From: Ruditapes philippinarum
Taxonomy: Eukaryota
DNA length: 64,000 bases
Assembly (NCBI RefSeq): GCF_026571515.1
Contig: NW_026856417.1
Span: forward strand, 1-64,000
Direction of reading: 5' to 3'
The notes under the pieces: generated by a model
The model's input: only the letters and a program-made list of their open reading frames with translations
Databases searched by the model: none
What the model was told of the DNA's origin: nothing
Shown: positions 50,622 to 63,705 of the stretch, piece by piece
Layout of the letters: the number at the start of each line of letters is the position of its first letter
Position numbering within the stretch: position 1 is the stretch's first letter
Position numbers and translations under genes: made by a program

Positions 50622-52093
50622 TAAATTTGGCTATGACAGTGTCGGTGCAATTAAACATTTGCACTCAATCACCGGAAAAAAATTGCGATTCCACTTGAAA
50701 ACTGTCGGGCCGCAATTTATATTCTGCTGTTAAAAAGTGGCACATATCTATATATCTCAGAATGCTGGAAAAAACAGTTTTGAGATACACTATGGCCAAC
50801 TTTGATATTAAAAGATATTTATAATTGCTTCACAGTCTCTTTGTAAATATAAAATAAACATGTTTTGATTTCACACAAAGTAGATTTATTATGTCTAAAA
50901 TTCTACACACCATAGGTGGTCACAATATGAATATATAGTGTCATTAAAAAAAACTGGCAGTTTTTTTTAAGGAAAGACCAATTGTCCTTGTCACATAATA
51001 AGAAATGCAGCTGCCCATACATACTATATTCATTCTTTTATTCAAATAAGACATATTCAGTAAGAATTTCATAGATTTCAATGAATCTCTGTGAGTCAAA
51101 TGTTTTACTTAATGATGGGCATAGTATATCTTTTATAATGTTTTAAGTGTCGTGCAGTTATCTTATGAAAACGAATTACTATTTACTCTAATTCTTCATA
51201 ATTTGTAAACTCACTGTAACATTTTCATCTGCGCTTTATCATTTTTAGGGCGGTGAAAAACGGATTACACATGTACAAAAACTGTATCCAAAATAGTGTA
51301 ACTCCTACTCACTGTTTGGTTCACCAAAATCTTCATCGGTTTAAAAGCTATTTTTAGTTTCAGGTAAAACATAAGATAGTGACACTTTCGTATGAGGACG
51401 TCATTCTCAGAAAATTTTATTGAACATTGATATTTGCCCATTCATGTATTGTCATTTGAGACAATGAAATAATCTTGATTTGTAGTGCCGTAAAAAATAT
51501 ACATAAACTCTTGTTTGGCCAATTCTTTTAGAGGTATCCGAAAACTGAAAGAAAGAGATAATTGTTTGGGATATAACGACAGTATCCGACATTAACGGAT
51601 GTTTAATATTCCACTATGGTCCATAATCCTTAATAGAAAACTTGAAGTCTGGTATTTGAGGCAGTTTGTTTTTGTCGGCAGTTCTGGTGACGTTTGAGCG
51701 AAGTTGCACAGAAATTTGTTAACGGTCCGTCGAAATATATATAAGGAAATGAATATTTGAAGTTTTGTATATAATAAGCGAAACTTCATCTTACAATGAT
51801 TCCCTTATCATTATCTTTTGATACATTTCAAAGACTTTTATAAGATTTAAATATCAAAAAGTCATGTGTTACCTCTCTTTATTAAACCGGAATAGATAAG
51901 CTTAGGGTCAACACTAAACAAGTCAAAAGAGGACATTCACGCGCTAAAAAAGGAGGAAAAAGGAATTCCTAAAGAAAAGCTCGAAATGAAAATATTGCAA
52001 ACTCGTTTTTATTTAAAGTGTTGAACAATTACACTTGTACACGTGCGCACACTCGCAGTTATACAATATTTTCGAAGCTTGTTTAAAAAAGTA

Positions 52094-55000
52094 TTACTCT
52101 GTCCGGCGTATTTTCATTTCAGTAAATCTCATAAAGACACATTCATTCCTCCAATCTTTCCAAGTCATTCCGCGATTACAAGCAACGTTCCCATATGGTC
52201 CGTTTAAATTAGATGACTGACAGTCGCAATACCACCAACCTCCTTTATAATATTCTGCACAATCGTGATGATTAGAAGTATCATGATGTCGGTCAAAAGT
52301 GCTGAACACCATTCCGTTATGTCTCTCAACCAAACTGTCTGTGGCTGTTCCGCTATGCCCAGCGATATTCAAAATATATTTCGCCGACTCATTTCCAATA
52401 GAAAATGAACTGTATTCTGCATATCCCTCCGAGCCATTTTGATCTATAAGATCAACTCGTAGTTTGTACTGACCTCTGCTTGTAAGTTTCCATATTTTAT
52501 CGTTCCCTAACCAAAAATTGTTATCTAACTTTCCAAACCCTTCCTTATATGCTTCCCAGTTCTTGAAGAAACTGCTATTTGATTGTCTTCGTTGAATAAC
52601 CGTCCAGCCACCAGGTGGCGTGTCCATGTCACAGCGAACGCTAAAACCATCGCTTCCTGTTGGATAAATCTCAAACAGCCCTGTCTCTGCTGTCTTGTTT
52701 ATAGTTTGTATGTCTCGACAATCTCTCGGGCGTATGCAACCTGTGCAGGTGCGTTTTCCTTTAGTATCTAAAAAAGCAACACAAAGAAAATCATGTTGTT
52801 GTGCCTTTGAATGAGTGCAAAGCTTGATGCAATATTGTTACAACTGTTAGACAACGATTCAAGCGACCTTAATTGATATAGTGATTAAGCTGACATTATG
52901 AAAAAGGGGCTTAAAATAAATAGAGTAAAAGACAATGATCTAAAATCAAGACATTTTCCTTTCTTTATTCAAATTGAAAAGTTGTTGGAAGTAATACTTT
53001 AATATAAACATCAACGTCCTGTGATTATGATTTATAGCAGTAAATGTTTGTAAAACCAAACGCTAAACAAGGTTTTATCATTTTGGTCCGAGTGGTTAAA
53101 GTCGTTTACTTTAAAACACTTGCATATCACCGCTGTAGGTTTGAGCCGCGTCAGCGTGTCCGGATTCTTTCATTTGAGAAAGCTATCCAGCTATCTTAAG
53201 GAACTTCGGTGCTTCTATCGGGGTGCCCGTTTGTGCCTGAAAAAATTCAGAGAGGGGCACCTGAGGTCGTCCTCCATCAGTACAGGTGGTAAGTCGCCAT
53301 ATGACCTATAATGCGTTGGTGCGACTATAAACCCAACAAAAATATCTAGGTTCACGCAGTAGAGTGACTTTGTGGCTTGCGCGCACTTCTGTTGAATGCT
53401 CTCATAAAAACATGTATACGTGAAAAATTAAAGTGAAAACCTTTTATACAATCGGGTGTGTATGACCATGTCCCATTTGCAAGACAAGTCGCCCCTGGTG
53501 CTTGAAATGTTGCAATGTACATTTGGTTGCATTCGTATGTTATTGAAGCCCCTATTGACCGCATATTTCCATTTACTATGCCATTTTCTATTGTTAATCT
53601 TTCGCATTCTGTCACATAAGAAAGAGAGTTCAATCATATACAAGTTAAAAATACTTGAAGCATATACATCTGCGTACGAAATAGACATTAATCGTCTAAT
53701 ATGATCATCTTAATATAAGCATATACCTAAGTTTTCACTTTATCATAAGACATCTACATTTTTTCTATTATGTTATAAATTAAATAGTCCATTGTTTTTA
53801 TTTGCTTGAAGAATAGTATTTCTTTAATTTTATTTTCTTTTCTTCATATTCTAAACCTTTCCGATATACATTTGTATTTGTCAACACACATAATTGATTT
53901 GGAAATTGTTTATAATGATAACAAACGTCTTAGAATTCGATTACGAAAGTAATTACAAAAAGGTGTTAAGTGAGTTACAATCTAGAAATAAATATGCTTT
54001 CTAAAACCAGGAATCATGAACTCAAAACATACAGAAATGTTAGTTGCATCTTCACCCGAAATATATTTAGCGGGAACTTTTTCAGTTTAATTGAATTTAT
54101 GCTCCGCCTTCCAATATAAGAAAAAGAAGAAAAAAACACAAGCGAACATTATATTTACCTTTAATCACACATGATAAATTGGGTTCAAAACCGCATGACT
54201 CCCCAGGGTTACAAGAACAGTTTTCGTTAACCTACCGGGATAGGAAAAACACTTAATAATGGATTTTGAATAACTTGTATATTAAAAATGATGTTGTACA
54301 CGTTTAGATCCGGAGGGTCAGGGTCAAATGAAACATTTAATTTTTCAAGAATTTTAAAACGTATTAGTTCAGAAACATTATTCGAGAAGCCTCAAAAATG
54401 TATTTATTTATTCCTCTTATGCTTATACGCAGGTCATCGGATTTGTTAATCAAGGATTCTTTGGTTTTATCATCGGCCGTAGCAAAAATTGTCCGAGACA
54501 ATTTATCTCTAAAATTTTACTCAGAAATTTATGTTTGATTAGTTGTTTAGTAGATACGGTTGACCGACGTCAAGTTGGTGTTGAAGTCGGTGTTTAATGG
54601 GCTAAACAAACACATTTCACGGTAATAGTGTCTGAAAATCAATTTTTTGTGTTCAAAATATTACTTTCAATTAACTAATTTATAATAACTATAATCTAGA
54701 AACACAATGTAAAGATATTTTCCAACATTCCTGATAAAGGTTTTTGTACATTATTAAGTTGAAATAAACATCCTGAAGATATAAAGTAATTGTATACGAT
54801 TTATTATTTACATATTTATATAATAATGAAATAATAGAAAAAGTACATAAAAATATTAAAAAAAACAATTTTCTTGAAATCCATACCTTGCTTACACCCA
54901 TGTCAGCTTTTTTAACGAAGATACACCCACGAGTTTTCTTTGCACTCTGAAGCAAGACACCATTATCATCCGAGATAAGTTCACATGTGTGAAGTCGGTT

Positions 55001-55219
55001 GAAATAGTTAACCGCCTGACAATTTGTTCTTGTTGCACATTCATCCACACACTGCGATAGCGATACTTGTATCAACGTCGTCAAAATATCGTCAGATTTT
55101 AAACAAAATGTCATACTCGAAATGCTGTACTTTACGTTGAATTCTTCGCTTCGTGAAAAACAGCATTTGATTGCTGCTAGACAAACAAACAATACAAAAC
55201 TATGGTTGTTTATTGCCAT
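52094..55219 (-). CDS. FReD paralogue E: signal peptide-PAN-4Cys-CCP-fibrinogen C domain protein (415 aa)
   Basis: Exons 55219-54887, 54231-54159, 53608-53441 and 52767-52094 (1248 nt, GT-AG, same phases as A, C and D). Confidence 0.95.
53083..53343 (+). mobile_element. Second, more diverged copy of the tRNA-derived SINE (intron 3 of E)
   Basis: TGGTCCGAGTGGTTAA...GAAGCTATCCAGCTA...GGTGCCCGTTTGTGCCTGAAA...GGGGCACCTGAGGTC...ATATGACCTATA matches 38149-38429. Confidence 0.9.
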
Positions 55220-55955
55220 TGCTTTGATGATATTTCTTGTTTTAATAACTGAAACCTTACAGACGCTAACTTGTAAATAAAATGTTATGGTATTGTTTTT
55301 TCTCAAAGCGAATATGACCGACAGATTAACCTTGTCATCACTCGTCAGTTGTGACGAAATTGTTCGGTTTATTGCTAACGAGCATTTTTTGAACTAGCAT
55401 CGCTTCAAATGTCTCAAATATAATAGCTTGACAAGTCTTGCGTATAATTGACACTTTGATATGTACATATATGATTTGTTTCATATAACATGAATTAAGT
55501 ATAATGAAAATAATTCGATCGATTTCTGTTTTACTTGTTTATCAATATAGCTGATCAATAAAGGTTTAGTTTATTTACAATACCATTTTGCATACAAAAT
55601 AAGTTTAAACAAATACATTCAAGTGTTTGCACCTGAATATATTTCAAAAGAATCGTTGTAAAAAAATGTTATTCCATTTACGTGATGTTAATTATCTGTT
55701 ATGCGTAAGTGCGACTAAATTAACAGTTTTATGCACTTAAACTGGCTATACCCGAAGCAAAATGGGTTTGCATTGAAACAAAAATGTGAGTTTTATGATG
55801 CAAATCGATGGAACTTGGAATAAATATCTGTTTCATTACATCTTTAATGTTTTCATTTATTTGTGATTTACATACGTTATTGATTTTAGTGGAATATTTA
55901 TACTTTACAATAGCACTTTCATTTAAATAACGCTTTTGATAAAAGTCTTTGTTGG

Positions 55956-58900
55956 AGTGACATTATGCTCATTTTTTTAATCTAAAGTTATTTTTACTTG
56001 GTTTAAACTGGTTTAAAATTTTAAATGCATCATTTCTGCCCAAAGAGCTAGTTTTCCATAATTATTCCCTGACATAAGGATAGAAGCACAGATAAGGAAA
56101 TCACCACTGTGAAGGCGCTTATTCAAAACCGGCTGGGAACACCAAGACATACTGACATGACCACTCTGACACACCTGAAAAAAAAGATGTTTATTGTTAT
56201 GAACATTTAGAGCATAAGTATAAAGTTATAAGTAAACATGTAAATGCTCTTTAATTTTCCGGCAGGCAAAAATCTTACATTTACTATTAAATGTACAATG
56301 ACCTAGACCTGATTAATGATGTAGCAGATAGAACTCATCAATATGCATGTTAAATCTGCATACAATGTTTGAGGTCTCCCCTTTAACAGTATTTAATTTA
56401 ATAACAAATTTTATGTTTTGTCATTTTAAGGACAAAAGAACTTGATCTTTTGACCTATTTATTGTAGTGACAGTAAACAATTCACTTAGGCAAAGGTCAA
56501 TAAAGTTATGTATGAATAAATTAATTAAAAAAAAGAAACATACCCATTTCAAATACAAAGCAGATCCCACAAAGTCAGTTGAAATCTTTAGAGATTTTGC
56601 ACAATCAAGTGATGAACATTTCTCTATATGTATACTTGCTAAGCCTTTCAATTGTTCAAGTTCAACTATACATTTTGTAGATTTACTCAAATCCTCACAT
56701 TCTTGAGGTGTTGTAATTCTATTTATAGAGCTAAATGTTGGTAGATCTTCATCAAGTTCCAATTCCTCTTCAATCATACCATTTTCTATTTCAAACCCAA
56801 ATTCAGCCTCTTCATACGCTACATCTTCTGCAGCTTCATCTATATTTCTTGGACTAAAAATCATAATTACATACTTGAATACTTATCATCTTACGAGGGT
56901 AAGCATTTTATGAAAAATATTTTGAATATTGACTTTAACAGCATCAAAACCTTTTCTGAATTTTGAATCAGACTATACATTAGTATTTATTGAATTGAAC
57001 ACTTTTTCAATGTGATATGGCAAATTTCTTACTATATAATATGTATAGGTTAAAGTTTATTAGTACCTATTTACAAAAATAAATTGGTCAGGCGCTACCA
57101 ATTAAATTTTGTAAGTGTGTACTTATAAATTTTAACTGGGTTAGTGTATTAAATTATTTTTATGAACAGTTGATTTACTAGACTGGTTAAAAGTTTCCCG
57201 AGTTAACAAAGTAAATGTGTTACGATTCATTTGAAACAAGCAATCTTATTGGACAAAAAATAATTTCAAACACTAAGAGCAGTTAAAATGAAAGTTCTTT
57301 CCCATACTAAGTAAAAAAGTGAAGTTCATAGTTTAGTATAACAGGGATTAATTATTTCATTCTTTATAGAGTTCTAAATGGGAATGCTATGTGCTTATAT
57401 TTAATTGAAAGTTTTCAGTGTCTTTATTTAGATGTCACTATAAGCTTCTGTTGTATACTTGTGCTTACTTTAAAGGCCATTTAAAATTATTCATGTGAAA
57501 TTGGAGGGCAAATCTTATTTGTGGTTATGGAAATGTTTCAGGAGATTGTGGGTCACACCACACAACAAACATCATTTCATCACAAAGCTCATCTATTACT
57601 GTATTAGTACAAAGTAATCTAAAATAAACTTTACTTACAGTACTGCTTCTATGGTAAAACTTGGCTCATAATCTGGGTCATCAGATTCTTCCTCCTCCTC
57701 AACAGTAGTGATATCTATGGTCAAACTAAAATAAAAAAAATAGGTGTATACATCAGCTTTTTGTGTCAACAATTTTAACATTTAAACCATACATTAATAT
57801 ATTTTTATAACATTCATAATATGTAACATGCAACTTGAAGAAATTATCTGTAATGGTACTAATGGATTTAACAAAAAAATCCCCATGTGCATATGAAATT
57901 CACAACTGTGCTATTGTAAAGCTTTGGTCATTTTACAATAATCATAGAATTAAAAATTGGACAAATTCATACCCAAATAATTGACCAAAATGCTTCAATT
58001 AATTGTCAAACTTAAGCTAAGTAACATTAAGCAAAGGACAATGGAACTTAACTACATAAACAGTTAAAAATATTATCAGATATATAAACAGTATAATTTC
58101 TACATACTTGAATGGGTCAATGAAAGAATCAGATAATTTCTTTACTCCAGTTTGCCTGCCTGCTTTTGAAATAGTCTGTTGTACACCACTTGGTCTGCAA
58201 CAAGAGAAAAAAAAATATTTACAACATTTTTGTTTCAACAGACATAATTGTTAAGTAATTGTATTGCCAACAAAACTGTTTTCTATGCACTTTTATCATT
58301 ATGAATGTGAATATATAGAGAGCATGATTTTATTTTTGTGTAAGGTTTATAATTGTAAAAAAGAGAGCACTAGAGATAATATTTCATATTGATGATTTAC
58401 TTTTGCTAATGTTACAAATGAAATGTAAAACATTTATTACATGTATAAGAAACAAATCAAAATATCTGCTGCTGTATAGGTGTATTTTTCCTTATTGTTA
58501 TTTTAATTATGAGAAATAAAATACCATACTGTATACATATTTGATATACATGTATATCAAATTGCCCTATATGTTACAGAGAGATTTTATACTTTACTTT
58601 ACACATTCTCCTGTATCACTTTTTATTGAAATTTTATATGTTTAACTGATCCAATAATGGGTTAGTTTATTTGAGATACAACTGGAATTCAAGTATGCCA
58701 TGTATTGATACTGACCAGTGAGAAAATGTAAATAACCCAAATTAAAACAATGAAAATATACACACCCAGATGAGACTTTTCCATTGCTGTCTTCTGAATG
58801 CCTTAACTCTTCAAACCCCGACAGCTCATGATGTTGCTCTCTGAAATGTTTAGACACTTTCATTCAATAATCATTTTGTTGACAATAGTAAATAAAACAC

Positions 58901-60491
58901 ACTTTATTGAACAAAAAAGGGACACCAACCATGAATGATACCGGCAACTATTATATGTGTTGGTTCTTCCATAATCAATATTGTATAATATTGCTTACAT
59001 AAGAATATAAATGAAATCAAAAGAAAATTTCTTAATATGTTTATTATATTTCTGACTTTTTCATACAACTTCAATGGCGTTTATCTTATACATACTAACA
59101 TAGTAAAAATATTTTAGCGTGTATCATTTCCTACTAACCTTTCAGACTCAGGTCCAGACACTTCTGATACTGATGGTGTTTTGACCTCAGAAATTGGGAG
59201 GTCTTTCATTGAGGCAGGGGTTGAGGACTTTTGAAGCTGTAGTAATCTAGGCTGAGTAGGCATTATAACCATCTGCTGTTGTGATTCTGTCCTTTTGTAA
59301 CTGAAATATAAATAATTTATTGGTTTAGAGGTACAAATTTGTATTTTACCTTACATTTTGCATTTACATGTGGGTGCTTATAAGATTATTACAATAAAAT
59401 ACATTTACAGTTTTATATGTGCTACTGGTACGATGGTATGTACTGCTGAAATATTATCTGCATTGCAGTAGCATGCAAATTACAATTTTATTCAATATGC
59501 TCATTATTATCATAAGCAGTCCAATTATAACTGAAATGAAGTCACTTTGCAGCACACGGCTCACCTACACCCCTACCAAATCAATGATAGATGTAATACT
59601 TCAGCATATGTGAAACAAACTTACAATTTTCAACACCAATTTAAGGAAAGAAGGCCTCTTGATTAAGTTGATACAATTCAAAACGAACATTCAGCTTCCT
59701 GGGTTGTTCAATCTTTTGAGTTTACAAAATATTTCTTTTTCTTTCGAAATAGTTCAATTAGCTTATTGGAATAAAACTGTTAACGCTGTAAATGACTACC
59801 TGTCCATTACGCAACATACTCTATAATTTGTTACGAATAGTTTTGTGTACGAAGTAAACATATTTTGTTTCCGAGTTCTGTTCTATTCACCACAAGTAAG
59901 TAACAAACGAAAATGATAATACAGAGTAACTGCTTAAAAACTATTATTAAAAATCATTAACAATGATAGTTTGTGACTTACTTGTCTATAAGAAGGGTTG
60001 CAACTTCACGGTCCGTTTTCAAATTTTTCTCTTTCTTCAATTCTGCCCATCGAATCTGCTCAGTCCCAAGATACACTCTCGACTTGTGGAATTGTATGTT
60101 CCGCTTTATCTTCCTTCTCTTTCTTTCCGTGTCTGTTAACTTTCTTTTCCTCTTACAGGGATTCAAACCCACGTTTTCCTCCTTCGAATTCCCCTCTTTC
60201 GACTCGCCTGTAGCATCCGCCATTGTTGTTTTTTCTTCTTCTCATGAATAATTTATGAACCACGTGACTACCGGAAATTTCCGTAAATGTTCGCCGGGAG
60301 TTATCGGTAACGTTCGGGCGATCAAAAGAGTGGGGCAGTCTTTTTATATTTTGACATTTTATACACTTTATTAAAAACCTTTCTAACTGTCATATACATG
60401 TATTTGTCAATCGTCATTAAAAAAGGTAATCTTTTGAAATATATAGCTAATTCAACTAAACTTGACAATGAAAAATGAGCATAATATCACT
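55956..60491 (-). mobile_element. Internally deleted Kolobok-type DNA transposon (~4.5 kb)
   Basis: TIR AGTGA(C/T)ATTATGCTCATTTTT at 55956 and inverted at 60471-60491. TTAA at 60492-60495; the left flank reads TTGG. Encloses a spliced transposase-like ORF. Confidence 0.8.
56013..60223 (-). CDS. 7-exon, C-terminally truncated Kolobok transposase-like ORF (374 aa)
   Basis: Exons 60223-59982, 59300-59139, 58840-58766, 58194-58108, 57725-57639, 56853-56544 and 56174-56013 (1125 nt open, GT-AG). Basic NLS-like N-terminus with RVYLG..RW.ELK...D.EVA.LLID.Y, acidic DPDYEP linker, then C..C...GSALYLKWVC..GH...WCSQP...GDFL..ASILMSGNNY. It stops before any DDE catalytic domain. Confidence 0.75.
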
Positions 60492-60545
60492 TTAAACATA
60501 TTTATTTTAGCTCGATTGCGAAACAAGTTCTTACAACTTATATTA

Positions 60546-60682
60546 ATCACTTTTGAGTCCGCTTCCTGGAACCAACCAGCACTGGTGTCATATGAAGAAA
60601 CCTGGTCGTGACCCGAGTAGGGCTCGAACCCATGACTCTGTGTTGAGAGGCAGACACCTTAACCACTAGGCCACCGCTGCCC
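60546..60682 (-). mobile_element. tRNA-derived SINE (second family)
   Basis: Reverse complement GGGCAGCGGTGGCCTAGTGGTTAAGG...GGGTTCGAGCCC (A and B boxes), followed by the non-tRNA body CACCAGTGCTGGTTGGTTCCAGGAAGCGGACTC. Confidence 0.85.
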
Positions 60683-61325
60683 TATTTTTACTTCACATGT
60701 ACACCCTCTGTTTACATTTTGATGGGCATAATTTCACATTTTTGAATAATACAACTTTAATAATGAAAGTTATTCGTCATGTAGCATAATTTATTCTATG
60801 ATAAGTTAACGGAACATTATGTCTAAAAGAATAAGAAACGAGAATATGTTATATTTTGGTATCTTGTTACAGTTTCAAGAAACACATTGGCTATATATTA
60901 AGTTATTTATCTTTTGTATTTTGGCACAAGTACAGTTATTGTGATTCGGTATCATGTATGGTAGTTGAATACCACTTTGTTTATATTTTTCTTTCTTTAT
61001 TACAAATTATTTCACATTCAGTGCTTTTTCATTCATGTGAAATGCATCGAACATCTTTTTAATCAATAACTTCACGTTATAAAATACATTTTAGCACTTT
61101 CTACAGAGAAACAAAAATCTTTTTTTATTCTTAATTTGCCTTTTTTCTAAAAAAATGAACTCAGGTATTCAAGCCATTCTTATAAGCCAGTGTTAAGTAC
61201 TTCATTTTCACAGTTTTACTCTCCGTGTGACAGAGTAGAAATATAAACTGACACATGAAATGCATGGTGCACTTAATTCAAGTGAAATTTTGTTGTTGTT
61301 GTTTTTTCAGCAATAAAGGCATATA

Positions 61326-62348
61326 CGAGGGGTGATCCAAAAATTCGTGGACACGCTGCATAAAACAAAAAGTAATAAAGCAAATCATATGAAATTCTAG
61401 TATCTTATTTAGTGAGCATATGTCGACACATTCTCAAAATATTGTAAAGATTGTACAAGAATTAACGATTTTGCACCAGTTTGTATACATAGACATGACA
61501 AAACGCGGCGCAGCTTACGACGTCACAAACGACGTTATGCTACCATAGGAAGTAATCTATGTTACCGTTTTGCCTTATAACTTTTCAAAGTATTCCCCTT
61601 TAACCCGCACACATTTTTCATAGCGGCGGACCGAGTCTCTAAATGTACTCGCATACCATTCTCGGCTGAATGATGACAGTATGCATTGGGTGGCTCCTCT
61701 CAACTCGTCCAGATTGTCAAAACGTTTCCCTCTCGACTCTTTCTTTAACCTGGGAAACAAGGCGAGGTCACACGGGGAAAGATCAGGCGAATATGGTGAA
61801 TGACTTAGTACTTCTGCTCAAGAACTAGAGAACGACACACTGACGGTTTATTTGTCACACTTTCGATCATTGTTTTTGTCTCGCCAGGCGTCTTTCCAAG
61901 ATTTACACAGAACTGTATAACTGTCCGAAGTTTTTGCTGGATCCGTGACGTCCATTTTTGATAAAGCTGTTTTTAGCACCTGTCCTTTAAAGCACGGCGT
62001 AAAATAACCGCAACTTCAAAATGTCTTCTAATACTGACAGAATGCCGTCAAACACATCAAAACAACGTTATTATAACGTTTCCGCAATTTTCTTTGTTTG
62101 CACAGGTTTTACATGTGTTTAAATGAGATGAAAACGTTTACATCACAGAGAAAAAGTAAGCTGCGCCGCAATTTTGATACTTCATGTTTTTATGTTGTCA
62201 TATATAGATAAAAAATGCAATTTGTGTTTTAAAATTTGGTCAATTTATTAAAAAAGCATTGATTAATAATATCCAAAGAGTTCACCTCGGTAGGACGTCA
62301 CGTTATGGAGATACACACATTGTCCACGAATTTTTGGATCACCCCTCG
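61326..62348 (-). mobile_element. Internally deleted mariner element (1023 bp)
   Basis: Perfect 28-bp TIR CGAGGGGTGATCCAAAAATTCGTGGACA with TA TSD. The N-terminal remnant RTVIQFCVNLGKTPGET is joined to the C-terminal HSPYSPDLSPCDLALFPRLKK...RGKRF...KCVRVKGEYFE (mariner YSPDL motif). Confidence 0.95.
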
Positions 62349-63029
62349 TATATATACCAACTTTGCAAAATATATTGTTTACATAATTGTTTACTTTTGG
62401 AACGATATTTCCACCGGCTTCTTTTTAGAAAAGTTTAGTTCATATATCTTTTTGATCATTTCTAATTGGCTGGTTCCAATATTTATACTTGAATAATGTT
62501 TAAATGTTGCGTTCTTTCCACATTTGTCTTTTGAGGTCCTAACTGTGATTTGCAGGCCTAATAACTTCTGATCTCCTTTCAAAAATCCCGTTTTGTTTGG
62601 TTTCGTCAGTTGATTTTTTGTTTGGGACGCATGCTTTCTTTCCCTTTGGGACCATACGCTGCTTTTCATTTAATGACACAAAAGTGTTGCATTGAAGATT
62701 CCATAATAACATCCGTGAACACATCTACGGATACATCTAAATTTAAAATTTTGAACGTGGACGGTAGTTTGCACTTGCTTGACCTTACCGTCCACGAGAA
62801 CGCTCAATCACACCAATCCTGAAACATTTTAAATTTTTGCTGTTTTGGAGTTTCTTCAGGGATTCATATTTTCTCTTTTTATCAAAACGTCAATTATGTC
62901 AGATCCATGCGGTCGAGAACACTTGTTGATCCAGATTCAACTGATCATATATACGTGTCACTTATATGTAAATGCTTTTGATATCATCTGTACCCTCTTT
63001 TATCTCAAAAATACCATGTGTACAACTAA

Positions 63030-63540
63030 AAAATGCAATTCCGTATATCCCCTGTATATATCAAAAATACGATTCCGCATATCCCCGGTATATGTAGAAT
63101 ATACAATTCCGTATATCATCTGTATATGTAGAAAATACGATCCCGTATATCCTCTGTATATGAAGAAAATACGGTTCCGTATATCCTATGTATACGTAGA
63201 AAAAACGAGTCCATATATCCTCTGTATATGTAGAAAATACGGTTCCGTATATCGTTGGTGTATTTAAAGTTTAAAGATAGCAACCTTGATAAAGTCCGTA
63301 TACGGGATTTTATTCTCCGTATACTTCAAAAGTACGAACAAATATACGTACATGTATATGGGGCAAATACGGAATTCCGTATATGCCTGATGCATATACG
63401 GACTTCCCGAATATCCGGTGTTCCCTATACGGACTGGTATACATGGTCCGTATATTCGACAAATACATCCCGTACACGCCTGTATATGACAAATATACGG
63501 GACCGTATATTCCCGTATATCAATATTTTTCCGCAGTGTC
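63030..63540. repeat. ~34-bp repeat array (AATACGGTTCCGTATATCCTCTGTATATGTAGAA) with partly inverted distal copies; probable MITE
   Basis: Tandem copies at 63035-63255, with TACGG/CCGTA mirrored motifs to ~63520. Confidence 0.75.
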
Positions 63541-63544
63541 AAAA

Positions 63545-63705
63545 TAAGAAAATCCGGATACAACTGATAATATATCACGTTAGACAAGTTTCAAAAATGA
63601 GAAAATACGGATACAACTGATCATCTGTCACGTTAGACAATTTAAAAATGAGAAACTCCGATAAAATCCGGTTACAACTTCTCATCTGTCACGTTATACA
63701 AGATT
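63545..63705. repeat. ~55-bp degenerate tandem repeat (ATCCGGATACAACTGAT...TCACGTTAGACAA)
   Basis: Three copies, plus a related half-copy near 62928-62960. Confidence 0.7.

Noticed and set aside
49437-55219. Inverted orientation of E as a definite biological inversion
   Set aside because: A fixed-size 159-N gap separates D from E, so relative orientation and distance depend on scaffolding.
62845-63620. Several 60-140-aa Tyr/Ile-rich ORFs
   Set aside because: They overlap the 34-bp repeat array on both strands and show no domain motifs.
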